63,803 nt of DNA from Eubacteriales bacterium (GTDB lineage: Bacteria > Bacillota > Clostridia > Oscillospirales > CAG-382): contig JAZSQJ010000045.1 in NCBI GenBank assembly GCA_045537905.1, positions 1 through 63,803 on the forward strand, written 5' to 3'. Shown here in pieces: positions 29,071-37,913 of this stretch. The notes beneath the pieces were generated by a model that saw only the letters and a list, made by a program, of their open reading frames with translations, ran no database searches and had not been told where the DNA came from. Each line of letters starts with the position of its first letter. Position 1 is the stretch's first letter. The translations under genes and the position numbers were made by a program.

Positions 29071-31187
29071 AAAAATCTATAGCTATAGTTTTAGCCACCC
29101 TCCTTTGTCTGGGTGTAACCTTTACCGCCTGCACCTCTGATCCTACCAAGCCTTCTACGGCGCCTACCCACGGTATGGACTTCTCCTTCGATAAGAACGA
29201 TATCGAGGCAAGCTATGACGAGTCTGAGGTTATAAGTATTATACAGGGCGACCCCGTTGTTATCCCCGATGACAGTAGCGAGGACAATAGGGGCAACAAC
29301 AGCTCCGAGGACGACTCCAGTATGGCAGAGTCTAAGCCCGTAGAGGACGACTCCAGTGTTGCTGAGTCTAAGCCCGTAGAGGACGACTCCAGTGTTGCTG
29401 AGTCTAAGCCTGTAGAGGACGACTCCAGTGTTGCTGAGTCTAAGCCCGTAGAGGACGACTCCAGTGTTGCTGAGTCTAAGCCCGTAGAGGACGACTCCAG
29501 CGTGGCAGAGTCTAAGCCTGTAGAGGATAACTCCGGTGTTGCTGAGTCTAAGCCCGTAGAGGACGACTCCAGCGTGGCAGAGTCTAAGCCCGTAGAGGAC
29601 GACTCCAGTGTGGCAGAGTCTAAGCCTGTAGAGGACGACTCCAGTGTTGCAGAGTCTAAGCCCGTAGAGGACGACTCCAGTGTGGCAGAGCCTGCCCCCA
29701 CGGGTGACGTATATATCACTACCGCAGGCACCCACGTGCTTACGGGTGGCTTTACCGACCGTAAGATAATAGTTGAGCTTGCCGCAAACCAAGAGGCAAA
29801 GCTGGTTTTACAAAACGTTGTTATAAACAATTCCACAGGCCCTGCTATATTCATCAAGGAGGGCGACAAGGTAACGATAACAGCCAAGGAAGGCACGACT
29901 AACGTACTGTCTGACGGTAGCTCCTACGTATTTACAGACGGTACAACCACCGTAGACGGTGCGATCTTCAGCCTTGCAGACCTGACTATCAACGGCACTG
30001 GCAAGCTCACCGTAAACGGCAATTACAAGCACGCCGTTGTTTCCAAGGATAACCTGATAATCGCAGGCTGTACCCTCACCGTTAATTCAAAGGCAACGGC
30101 GCTTAACGGCAAGGACTGCGTAAAGGTAACAGGCGGTAACCTTAAGCTGACTGCAGGCAGTAACGGTATAGTTTCCGACAATGCAGAAAGCAGTACCCGA
30201 GGCTATATCTATTTTGAGGGCGGCACGGTTAACGTTACGGCTGGCTTCGACGGTATACAGGCAGAAACAATTATTAAATCCAACAATACCTCTATTACCG
30301 TAAAGGCAGGAGGCGGCAGTGTCAATATGCTGGGTAACGCTACCCAGTCCTATAAGGCTCTTAAGGCTGTTTCGGATATACTAATTTCAGGCGGCACCTA
30401 CGTTCTTGACAGCCGTGACGACTGCCTCCATTCCAACAATACGGTAAACATAACGGGGGGCAACCTCACCCTTTCCAGCGGTGATGATGCCATCCATGCA
30501 GATACAGACCTCGCCATCTCAGGCGGTACTATGTCTATCACCAAAAGCTACGAGGGCATAGAGGCAAGCCGTATTCTTATCACAGGGGGCGCCGTTTCCG
30601 TTGTATCCTCAGACGACGCCCTTAACGCAGTAAGCAGTACAAGCGGCAAGGGAGCACTGATAATTTCAGGGGGCTATCTGTTTGTAAACGCAGGCGGTGG
30701 CGGTATCGACTCTAACGGCACGATAACCGTAAGCGGCGGCGTAACTCTTGTAAGCGGCCCCACAAACGGCGGCAACGGTATCTTTGACTACGACGGCTCC
30801 GCAACCGTAACAGGCGGTGTTCTTGTGGCGCTTGGCTCATCAGGTATGGCACAAAACTTCAGCTCTGCACAAAACCAAGGCTCTATTCTTTGCACCTTCT
30901 CAACTCAGACGGCAAACACAAGCTTTGCCGTATGTGACAGTACGGGTAAGGTAATTGCCTCCTTTACCAATCCCAAATCCTATCAGTGCGCCATAGTAAC
31001 GGCACCGGGCATACAAAGCGGCAACACCTATACTCTCGTGGCAGGTGCAAGCGTTGCAGGTGCAGACTCCCACGGCTTTGCACAGAACACCACAAAAACA
31101 GGCGGCACCGTCCTCGCCACCGTAAATATGACCTCCAACCTTTACGGTACGGGGGGCGGAATGGGCGGCAGACCGGACAGACCCTAA
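29067..31187 (+). CDS. DUF4353 (Cthe_2159-like) beta-helix lipoprotein with an acidic repeat stalk
   Basis: Lipobox FTAC; GAIFSLADLTING, DDAIHAD, YEGIEA, GIDSNG, SGMAQNF; GMGGRP tail. Confidence 0.85.
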   Translation: MKKSIAIVLATLLCLGVTFTACTSDPTKPSTAPTHGMDFSFDKNDIEASYDESEVISIIQGDPVVIPDDSSEDNRGNNSSEDDSSMAESKPVEDDSSVAESKPVEDDSSVAESKPVEDDSSVAESKPVEDDSSVAESKPVEDDSSVAESKPVEDNSGVAESKPVEDDSSVAESKPVEDDSSVAESKPVEDDSSVAESKPVEDDSSVAEPAPTGDVYITTAGTHVLTGGFTDRKIIVELAANQEAKLVLQNVVINNSTGPAIFIKEGDKVTITAKEGTTNVLSDGSSYVFTDGTTTVDGAIFSLADLTINGTGKLTVNGNYKHAVVSKDNLIIAGCTLTVNSKATALNGKDCVKVTGGNLKLTAGSNGIVSDNAESSTRGYIYFEGGTVNVTAGFDGIQAETIIKSNNTSITVKAGGGSVNMLGNATQSYKALKAVSDILISGGTYVLDSRDDCLHSNNTVNITGGNLTLSSGDDAIHADTDLAISGGTMSITKSYEGIEASRILITGGAVSVVSSDDALNAVSSTSGKGALIISGGYLFVNAGGGGIDSNGTITVSGGVTLVSGPTNGGNGIFDYDGSATVTGGVLVALGSSGMAQNFSSAQNQGSILCTFSTQTANTSFAVCDSTGKVIASFTNPKSYQCAIVTAPGIQSGNTYTLVAGASVAGADSHGFAQNTTKTGGTVLATVNMTSNLYGTGGGMGGRPDRP
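29307..29690 (+). repeat. 36-bp tandem repeat, about 10.7 copies, encoding EDDSSVAESKPV
   Basis: GAGGACGACTCCAGTGTTGCTGAGTCTAAGCCCGTA repeated with mostly synonymous variation. Confidence 0.95.
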
Positions 31188-31210
31188 CGAGGGATGCAAA
31201 GTCCTGACTT

Positions 31211-31328
31211 TGCCGTAGGCAAAACTTCACTGCCGTAAGGCAACTTCACTGCTGTGAGGCAACTTCACTGCTGTGAGACAACTTCACTCACGGAGTGAAC
31301 TTCACTTGCCCTTTAGGGAAAAATTAGT
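31211..31328 (+). repeat. Array of five AACTTCACT units separated by 9-10-nt mini-hairpin spacers
   Basis: Units at 31223, 31242, 31261, 31280 and 31298; spacers GCCGTAAGGC, GCTGTGAGGC, GCTGTGAGAC, CACGGAGTG; same family at 63730-63803 on the minus strand. Confidence 0.85.
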
Positions 31329-31412
31329 AAGGGGTTGTAAAAAACAAAGTTTTTACAACCCCTTCTTATATGTATAGGAAAAATCCCCTTGCGGTTTTCC
31401 GCAAGGGGATTA
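31329..31412. terminator. Two back-to-back hairpin terminators between convergent genes
   Basis: AAGGGGTTGTAAAAA..TTTTTACAACCCCTT and AATCCCCTTGCGG-TTTT-CCGCAAGGGGATT. Confidence 0.7.
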
Positions 31413-31434
31413 AAGCTATTAGGCTTAAATTAAC

Positions 31435-32367
31435 TTATCTAACCTTCTTAGCTACAACAACACCTGCAAGAGAGATAACTGCAAGTACTGCGAATACGCC
31501 GAGACCGAGGTCGCCTGCGGGAGGAACAACGGAACCACCGTTGCCGCCGTTACCGCCGTTACCGCCTGCAGCAGCAGTGCCGTAAACTTCGATTTCGTCG
31601 AGCTGAACGATATAGCCTCTGGTGCCGTAGTGAGCGATAGTGCCGGTTACGTCTTCGGTATCAAGAGCGATTCTAACTGCGGAAGCACCCTTAACGTCGA
31701 TGATAGCTTCAATGTTGAAGAACTGGTCGTAAGGAGCAACGCCCTTAGCTTCGTCACCGTACTGGGGAGCGCCTTCGATAACAACGGGATTTTCGGTGTA
31801 TTCAACCTTGGTCCATGCGCCGTTAACAAGAGCTTCAACGCCAGCGATGTGAGCGTATCTGTTGTGGCCTCTGCGAGCGGTGCCGAGAACTACGGAAGTA
31901 AGGTCGTAGGAAGCACCAAGAGGAATGGTTACGAAGTGAGTTCTGTTAGTGCCGGCAAGCTCGATAGTCTTTTCTGCGTTGCCGTTGCCGCCTGCGTCAA
32001 GAGACTCAACGGGACGAACAACACCGTCAGTAAGGAGACCCCAGAACTCTTCGAGGCTGAGACCGTCGTCAAAAATAGCGTTAAAGGAAGCCTTGCCATC
32101 TTCTGCATCGGAAGTGATGGTATAGGTCTTGCCTGCAGCAACGTTGGTTGCTACAGCAACGTCTTCAGAAGTAGCGTCTTCGGAAGTAGCATCTTCAGAA
32201 GTAGCATCGTCGGAAGAGTCAACGGAAGTGTCAACAGATGTGTCAACGGAAGTGTCAACAGAAGTGTCAACGGAAGTGTCGATAGAAGCGTCATCTGCCA
32301 TAGCGGTAGTAGCGAAGCAGAAAGCAACCATCAGCATTGCGAGAAGGATAGCTGTGATTCTTTTCAT
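31435..32367 (-). CDS. Secreted surface protein: Asp/Ser/Thr repeats, discoidin-like beta domain, sortase-like C-terminus
   Basis: Signal peptide; DTSV and EDATS repeats; LTDG...DEIEVYG; Gly/Asn linker, then VPPAGD + TM + KKVR. Confidence 0.7.
   Translation of the reverse strand: MKRITAILLAMLMVAFCFATTAMADDASIDTSVDTSVDTSVDTSVDTSVDSSDDATSEDATSEDATSEDVAVATNVAAGKTYTITSDAEDGKASFNAIFDDGLSLEEFWGLLTDGVVRPVESLDAGGNGNAEKTIELAGTNRTHFVTIPLGASYDLTSVVLGTARRGHNRYAHIAGVEALVNGAWTKVEYTENPVVIEGAPQYGDEAKGVAPYDQFFNIEAIIDVKGASAVRIALDTEDVTGTIAHYGTRGYIVQLDEIEVYGTAAAGGNGGNGGNGGSVVPPAGDLGLGVFAVLAVISLAGVVVAKKVR
32161..32292 (-). repeat. 12-bp (DTSV) and 15-bp (EDATS) coding tandem repeats
   Basis: GTCAACGGAAGT-type and GTCTTCAGAAGTAGC-type units on the + strand. 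Confidence 0.85.
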
Positions 32368-32529
32368 CGTTAAAATTCCTTTCTTAATTAATATTGTGTG
32401 ATGAAATTAGCCGAAAATTCTCTCATTTTTTCAGCTAACACATATTATCATATTTTCCAAATCTTGTCAATACATTTTTGCGTTTTTTAGCATCGGCTTC
32501 TGTATTATATGCAGTTTTTTCGCCTATAA

Positions 32530-33177
32530 TTACAGTAAAAACCTAGCAAGCTCGTAAAAATCGGCAACAACGGCTTCGGCGCCCGTATCTTTGAGTTCCT
32601 TTTCAAAGGGCGAGCCGTTTACCACGCCCACGCAGGGAATGCCGTTATTGTGTGCACCTTCAATGTCGTAGCAACGGTCGCCGATCATAAGGCAGTCTGC
32701 CTTGTCTGCCCCTGCCATTTCCAGCGCCCTGCCTACTATGGCGGTTTTACTGTCCAGCTCTGGCGTAAAGGATGCGGCAGAAACAAAGTCAAAATATCCG
32801 TCAACACCTAAGCTTACAAGGCACCGCTTGGCAAAAAGCTCAGGCTTGGCGGTGGCAAGCAGCAGTACCTTGCCCTTGGCTTTAGCTTCTGTCAAAAACT
32901 CCTTAACACCGTCAAACAGCCCTGTGTTAAGTATGCCCTTTTCCGCATAATGCTCGCGGTACAGGGCAACGCCCTTTTCTGCCTCTTCTGCGGAAAGACC
33001 TATATATTCCATAAAAGAAAACCTAAGGGACGGCCCGATAAACTTGGTTAAAAACGTCCTGTCAGGGGGAGTAATGCCCATTTTTGTCAAAGCGTATTCA
33101 ACGCTGTCCATAACACCGGGAGCCGAGTCGGCAACGGTTCCGTCCAGATCAAAAAGTAAAAAGCCTTTGTTTTTCAT
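32530..33177 (-). CDS. HAD-family phosphatase (phosphoglycolate phosphatase / nucleotidase-like)
   Basis: FDLDGT, ATAK and MIGDR..D motifs. Confidence 0.85.
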   Translation of the reverse strand: MKNKGFLLFDLDGTVADSAPGVMDSVEYALTKMGITPPDRTFLTKFIGPSLRFSFMEYIGLSAEEAEKGVALYREHYAEKGILNTGLFDGVKEFLTEAKAKGKVLLLATAKPELFAKRCLVSLGVDGYFDFVSAASFTPELDSKTAIVGRALEMAGADKADCLMIGDRCYDIEGAHNNGIPCVGVVNGSPFEKELKDTGAEAVVADFYELARFLL

Positions 33178-33308
33178 AATCAAAACTCCGTTTACGTAGT
33201 ATCACCTAGATTATAACCAATTATCACTTTCATTGCAATACTGCCCTTGCATATTTTTGTTAAATATATTATAATAAGCTTATCCTAAGCAAAAAGGGGG
33301 CAGGTAAT

Positions 33309-34538
33309 ATGGCAAGGATTTGTGTAATAGGCGGCGGTGCGGCAGGGATGATGGCGGCGTATTTTGCCGCATCCTACGGTGGAGAAGTGACTTTGTTTGA
33401 GCGTAACGACCGCCTCGGCAAAAAGCTTAATATAACGGGTAAGGGACGTTGCAACCTGACAAACGCCTGTGATATCCAAACCTTTTTGCAAAACGTTCCC
33501 GTCAATCCACGGTTTTTATACAAGGCACTTAACAATTTGAGCCCCGATGATACTATGAGCCTTTTTGAGGGCTTTGGCGTGCCCCTTAAGGTGGAGCGTG
33601 GCAGGCGTGTTTTTCCCGTAAGCGATAAGGCGGCGGACGTTACCGAGGCTTTGCATAAGGCCTGTATCTCTATGGGCGTTAAAACGGTATACAAACGGGT
33701 GAAAAAGCTTATAACAAAGGATGGCTCCTTCAAGGCTCTTGACCTTGGGGGCGGCAACACACAGGACTTTGACGCTTGCATAGTTGCCACAGGCGGTGCC
33801 TCTTATCCCCGTACGGGCAGTGACGGAGACGGCTACCGTTTTGCGAAGGAGCTGGGTCATAGCATCACACCTCTACGCCCCTCCCTGGTGCCCCTGTGTG
33901 CGGCGGGGAATATGTGTAAACAGCTTATGGGTCTGGCTCTTAAGAACGTAAAAGCCTCCTTCTTTTCCCCCACAGGCAAGCTCCTTTACAGCGAGCAGGG
34001 TGAGCTGTTGTTTACCCATTTCGGCATAAGCGGACCGCTGGTGCTGTCGGCGTCTGCCCACTTAGGGGATGCCGCAGGGGTAAGGGTAAGCATAGACCTG
34101 AAGCCTGCTTTGGATATGGAAACCCTGGATAAACGACTCCTTCGTGACTTTGAGGACAACCGCAACCGTGACTTTTGCAACAGCCTGGGTGCCCTTTTGC
34201 CCCAGAAGCTGATACCCACGGTGGTGGAGCAAAGCGGTATACCGCCTCATAAAAAGGTAAACTCCATCACCAAGGAGGAAAGGCACGTTCTGGCAGAGCT
34301 GATAAAGAATATAAAAATCACCCTTACGGGTACAAGACCTATTGACGAGGCGATAGTAACAAGCGGCGGCGTGTGTGTCAGCGAAATAAACCCCTCCACT
34401 ATGGAGTCCAAGCTGATAAAAGGACTATACTTTGCAGGCGAGGTCATCGACGTAGACGCCTACACGGGAGGCTATAACCTGCAAATAGCCTTTTCTACAG
34501 GAGCGTTGGCAGGCACCAATGCGGCGTATATTGAATAA
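33309..34538 (+). CDS. HI0933/YhiN-family flavoprotein
   Basis: GGGAAG, TGKGRCNLTN, TGGASYP.TGSDG, LFTHFGISGP, TGGYNLQ. Confidence 0.9.
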   Translation: MARICVIGGGAAGMMAAYFAASYGGEVTLFERNDRLGKKLNITGKGRCNLTNACDIQTFLQNVPVNPRFLYKALNNLSPDDTMSLFEGFGVPLKVERGRRVFPVSDKAADVTEALHKACISMGVKTVYKRVKKLITKDGSFKALDLGGGNTQDFDACIVATGGASYPRTGSDGDGYRFAKELGHSITPLRPSLVPLCAAGNMCKQLMGLALKNVKASFFSPTGKLLYSEQGELLFTHFGISGPLVLSASAHLGDAAGVRVSIDLKPALDMETLDKRLLRDFEDNRNRDFCNSLGALLPQKLIPTVVEQSGIPPHKKVNSITKEERHVLAELIKNIKITLTGTRPIDEAIVTSGGVCVSEINPSTMESKLIKGLYFAGEVIDVDAYTGGYNLQIAFSTGALAGTNAAYIE

Positions 34539-34580
34539 GCAAAAGGGGCTGCCAAATCGACAGCCCCGGTTTTTTGTCCT

Positions 34581-34617
34581 GAGACCCCAAGAAGCCGTTC
34601 GGCTTCTTGGGGTGATT
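34581..34617. repeat. REP-like hairpin with a related copy at 54672-54708
   Basis: GAGACCCCAAGAAGCC-GTTC-GGCTTCTTGGGGTGATT. Confidence 0.7.
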
Positions 34618-34622
34618 TGTTA

Positions 34623-37541
34623 TTATGAAAAGCTTGATATTAAGCCTGCATCGTATTTAAGCACCCGAGTAGCATCAAGATTGTCAACTCTGCGGTCACC
34701 GTTCACATCAGAGGCTTTAAGGTTGATTTTGCTTTCATCTATCAAACCTGCATCGTATTTAAGCATGATGGTTGAGTCAAGGTTGTCAACTTTGTCGTCA
34801 CCGTTAGCATCGCCAAGCTTGTAGCTTATCTCTTCAAATATCTTTATAACGTCGCCGTCTGCTTCGGAAGCAAGCCTTATATCACCGTCGGTAAGATTCC
34901 ATTCGGTAACGGTAAAGTCGCTTACGCTGAGGCTTGCCGAGCCATTTATAAGGAAATCGGCTTCAAATACAACGGTATCGGCTGCAAAGACATTTGTGTT
35001 GGAAAAGCTTACACAAAGCATTCCTCCGCTGTAATTCTCGTTAATAACGGCACTGCTTACAGAGCTTAAAGAGCCTATTACATAGCTTAATTTGTCACTT
35101 GTGTCGATAACGATTTTACCGGAGGCAACTCCTGCAGGAAGCTTTGCCGCAATGTGTGCAGTGCCGTCGCCGTTATCTGTAAGCGTTACGGTGTAGGTTG
35201 GGTAGTTATCGTTCTTTTTGGTATATAAGGCCGTAACGGTGGTGTTAGCGGTAATGTTGCTGAAAGACTTATCCCAACCTGTAAAGGTGTAGCCTGTGCG
35301 TGTGGGATTAGAGGGAGCGGTAGCGGCAGTGCCGTAGTTAACGCTCTGTGTTTTGAGTGTAGTGCCGTCCCAGTCCTTAAAGGTTACGGTGTAGGTGTTT
35401 ATGGAATATTTAGCCGTAACGGTGGTGTTAGCGGTAATGTTGCTGAAAGACTTATCCCAGCCTGTAAAGGAGTAGCCTGTGCGTGTAGGATTTGCAGGCG
35501 CAGAAACCGCCGAGCCGTAGTTTACAGTCTGTGTCTTGAGTGTTGTACCATCCCAGTCCTTGAATGTTACGGTGTAGAAGTTTACGGAGTACTTAGCCGT
35601 AACGGTGGTATTGGCGGTGATGCTGCTGAAGGTCTTGTCCCAGCCTGTAAAGGTGTAGCCTGTACGCGCGGGGTCAGAGGGCGCGGTCGCCGCAGAGCCG
35701 TATTTTACGGTTTGTGTGCTAAGAGTAGTACCGTCCCAGTCCTTAAAGGTTACGGTGTAGCTGTCGCTTTGCCACACGGCATACAATGTTGTATTTTCAT
35801 CAACGCTAAAAGTATCACCCAGTTGATAAGTAGCAGAGGTAGCAGAGCTATTTGTTGACCATCCTAAAAATGTGCAACCTTTTTTTGCAGGCGACGTAGT
35901 TGACAAAGTTATGTTTTTTGCAAAGTCTTTGCTTTGAAAATCAGGAGCGCCGGTGCCACCGTTATCGTTATATTTAATAGTGTATACTCTGCCAAAGACA
36001 AAGGGTATTGTACCAGTGGCTGACAAGTTAATATACTTGACACCAAAAATGTACTCAGTTCCCGCGGTTAAGGTATACTCCAAACGGAAATTTGTGTCAT
36101 CTCCACCGTTGTCGTCATGGGCTATTTCTGTAATATTTGCATCGTAAAGATAAACTTTTGTATCAGCTGAGCCGGTGGAATAAATTACATATTTAGCCGT
36201 TTCTGAAGGAGTATATTTATAGCATACGGTTTCTCCAGCCGTGGACACATTAGCTATATTGTAGGAGTTGACACTTAGATATGTATATGTTGGTACAGCA
36301 GAAACGGTAACCGCTATCGACTTTGAACCGATAAGATAAGATTTATTGCTGTCGCTATATATACTTATGCTGATTTTTCCTCTACCGCTTTTTAAACCGG
36401 TTACAGTTAGAACGCCTTGACTAAGTGTATAGTTAAACAGCGATTCGTCCCACTCCAAAAACAATGTAGCTGTATCCGGCCAAATTCCATCAATAGAAAT
36501 ACTAACAGATTCACTTTGACCTACTTTAACAGATATTGAAGATTCTGAAACATACCAATTAACACACCAACATTGTTGACATGTCTTTGATTGAGCATAT
36601 TCACCGGTAACTATATATCCACCACAAGAAGCATAATCAATACATCTTTGTGTAATAACGTGGGGGTGGTCTATTTCGTAAACACGTTGACCGGTATAAC
36701 TGTGTGTATGTATATTAAATAACGAAGTGTAGGTGTAAACGGTTTTAGTACCGCCGGAATCAAGAGGATATGATACTAAACAACATCCATCTGTGTAAAC
36801 TTCGTGTATTGTACATAGGTCGGATGTTCCAATCCACGCGGTTGAACTTATCTGACTATGATTTGCGTCAAAAATGTTTTCGGCTGTAATTGTCTCTTTG
36901 GGATAAGCGGTGAAATTCGTTCCATAGGAGGCATCGATTTGATGATTGTCTGGGTAATTGGGTATCCCGTAACAACATATGTTTTGGTGTTGATAGTGCC
37001 TTGTGTGTCTGTATACAATGTATCCTTCACTGCTACCGTTGCTATTGGTGTTTCCTTCGATAGTTGTTATATAACCTGTTGATTTATTAACCGTTTCAAC
37101 TATTCCGACATGATAGTGATCGCCATTACTATTAGGACCGTAAAACACCAAATCGCCAGGCTTTGGAAAATAATTGCTACTACCATGAGTATTGGGAACA
37201 TTAAAATAACCACTAAAAGGACTTGCTATTCCTTGGCGATTAATTATAGAATCACTGATACCGGCTTCCTTGGCGCACCACGAAATGAAATATGCACACC
37301 AAGCAACGTTGTAGACACCAAATGCGGCGCTGTATTTATTACTGTTGTTTGAACCTTCCTGATAACCAATTTGTGTTTGTGCTACTGCCACGATATCATA
37401 AGCGGGATCTCCTGTGTTTGTATGGGTGTTTTCATATGCCGCAGACACATCCGTTTTTACCTTCGGTATAGCGGTAAAGCAACCAAACACAAGTAAAAAC
37501 GCAATTACAAAGGATAATAAACGATTTAGCAGGGTTTTCAT
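34623..37541 (-). CDS. Secreted CHAP-domain peptidoglycan hydrolase with Ig-like domains, InlB-B repeats, a cohesin-like domain and a dockerin
   Basis: WCAYFISWC, HVGIVE, IEGN (CHAP); P.RTGYTFTGW repeats; GDANGDDKVDNLD and SDVNGDRRVDNLD dockerin loops. The cohesin call is weak. Confidence 0.8.
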   Translation of the reverse strand: MKTLLNRLLSFVIAFLLVFGCFTAIPKVKTDVSAAYENTHTNTGDPAYDIVAVAQTQIGYQEGSNNSNKYSAAFGVYNVAWCAYFISWCAKEAGISDSIINRQGIASPFSGYFNVPNTHGSSNYFPKPGDLVFYGPNSNGDHYHVGIVETVNKSTGYITTIEGNTNSNGSSEGYIVYRHTRHYQHQNICCYGIPNYPDNHQIDASYGTNFTAYPKETITAENIFDANHSQISSTAWIGTSDLCTIHEVYTDGCCLVSYPLDSGGTKTVYTYTSLFNIHTHSYTGQRVYEIDHPHVITQRCIDYASCGGYIVTGEYAQSKTCQQCWCVNWYVSESSISVKVGQSESVSISIDGIWPDTATLFLEWDESLFNYTLSQGVLTVTGLKSGRGKISISIYSDSNKSYLIGSKSIAVTVSAVPTYTYLSVNSYNIANVSTAGETVCYKYTPSETAKYVIYSTGSADTKVYLYDANITEIAHDDNGGDDTNFRLEYTLTAGTEYIFGVKYINLSATGTIPFVFGRVYTIKYNDNGGTGAPDFQSKDFAKNITLSTTSPAKKGCTFLGWSTNSSATSATYQLGDTFSVDENTTLYAVWQSDSYTVTFKDWDGTTLSTQTVKYGSAATAPSDPARTGYTFTGWDKTFSSITANTTVTAKYSVNFYTVTFKDWDGTTLKTQTVNYGSAVSAPANPTRTGYSFTGWDKSFSNITANTTVTAKYSINTYTVTFKDWDGTTLKTQSVNYGTAATAPSNPTRTGYTFTGWDKSFSNITANTTVTALYTKKNDNYPTYTVTLTDNGDGTAHIAAKLPAGVASGKIVIDTSDKLSYVIGSLSSVSSAVINENYSGGMLCVSFSNTNVFAADTVVFEADFLINGSASLSVSDFTVTEWNLTDGDIRLASEADGDVIKIFEEISYKLGDANGDDKVDNLDSTIMLKYDAGLIDESKINLKASDVNGDRRVDNLDATRVLKYDAGLISSFS
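35230..35760 (-). repeat. Three 183-bp (61-aa) InlB-B/Listeria-Bacteroides-type repeats
   Basis: GCCGTAACGGTGGT recurs at 35230, 35413 and 35596. Confidence 0.9.
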
Positions 37542-37560
37542 AATATATCTTCCTTTCTTT

Positions 37561-37634
37561 ATCTAATGTAAACATTATATAATGTGCAAGTCTATTTGTC
37601 AAGAAAAAAGAAGTATATAATTTATACATTAGAT
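37561..37634. promoter_or_regulatory. Divergent promoter region with inverted repeats (candidate operator)
   Basis: ATCTAATGTA (37561) / TACATTAGAT (37625); palindrome ACATTATATAATGT at 37572-37585. Confidence 0.5.
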
Positions 37635-37667
37635 ATTTTGTACATAATATAGTGAGGGGTGTAGTGT

Positions 37668-37877
37668 GTGAAGCTCAGAATTGAAGAGATACTGAGGGAG
37701 AAGGGAAAAACCAAGTATTGGCTGTACATTCAGCTCGGACTAAGCTATCAGAACTTTAACAAGATAATAAACAATCAAACAAAGGCAATAAAATTTGATA
37801 ATCTAAAGGCGATATGCGATATTTTGGAATGCACCCCCAACGACCTGTTTGATATTTATTATAAACCTAAGCAATAG
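37668..37877 (+). CDS. Cro/C1-type HTH transcriptional regulator (HTH_26, YozG-like)
   Basis: LRIEEIL..G.T.Y.L; IKFDNL..IC..LECTPNDLF; GAGGGG RBS. Confidence 0.85.
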   Translation: MKLRIEEILREKGKTKYWLYIQLGLSYQNFNKIINNQTKAIKFDNLKAICDILECTPNDLFDIYYKPKQ

Positions 37878-37913
37878 CATATAGAGTAAGGCACCCTGAA
37901 AAGGGCGCCTTTT

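Noticed and set aside
29307-29690. 36-bp repeats as a CRISPR
   Set aside because: Contiguous in-frame coding repeats with no spacers
31223-31306. Repeat-spacer array as a CRISPR
   Set aside because: 9-bp repeats and 9-10-bp self-similar spacers are far too short, and no cas genes are present
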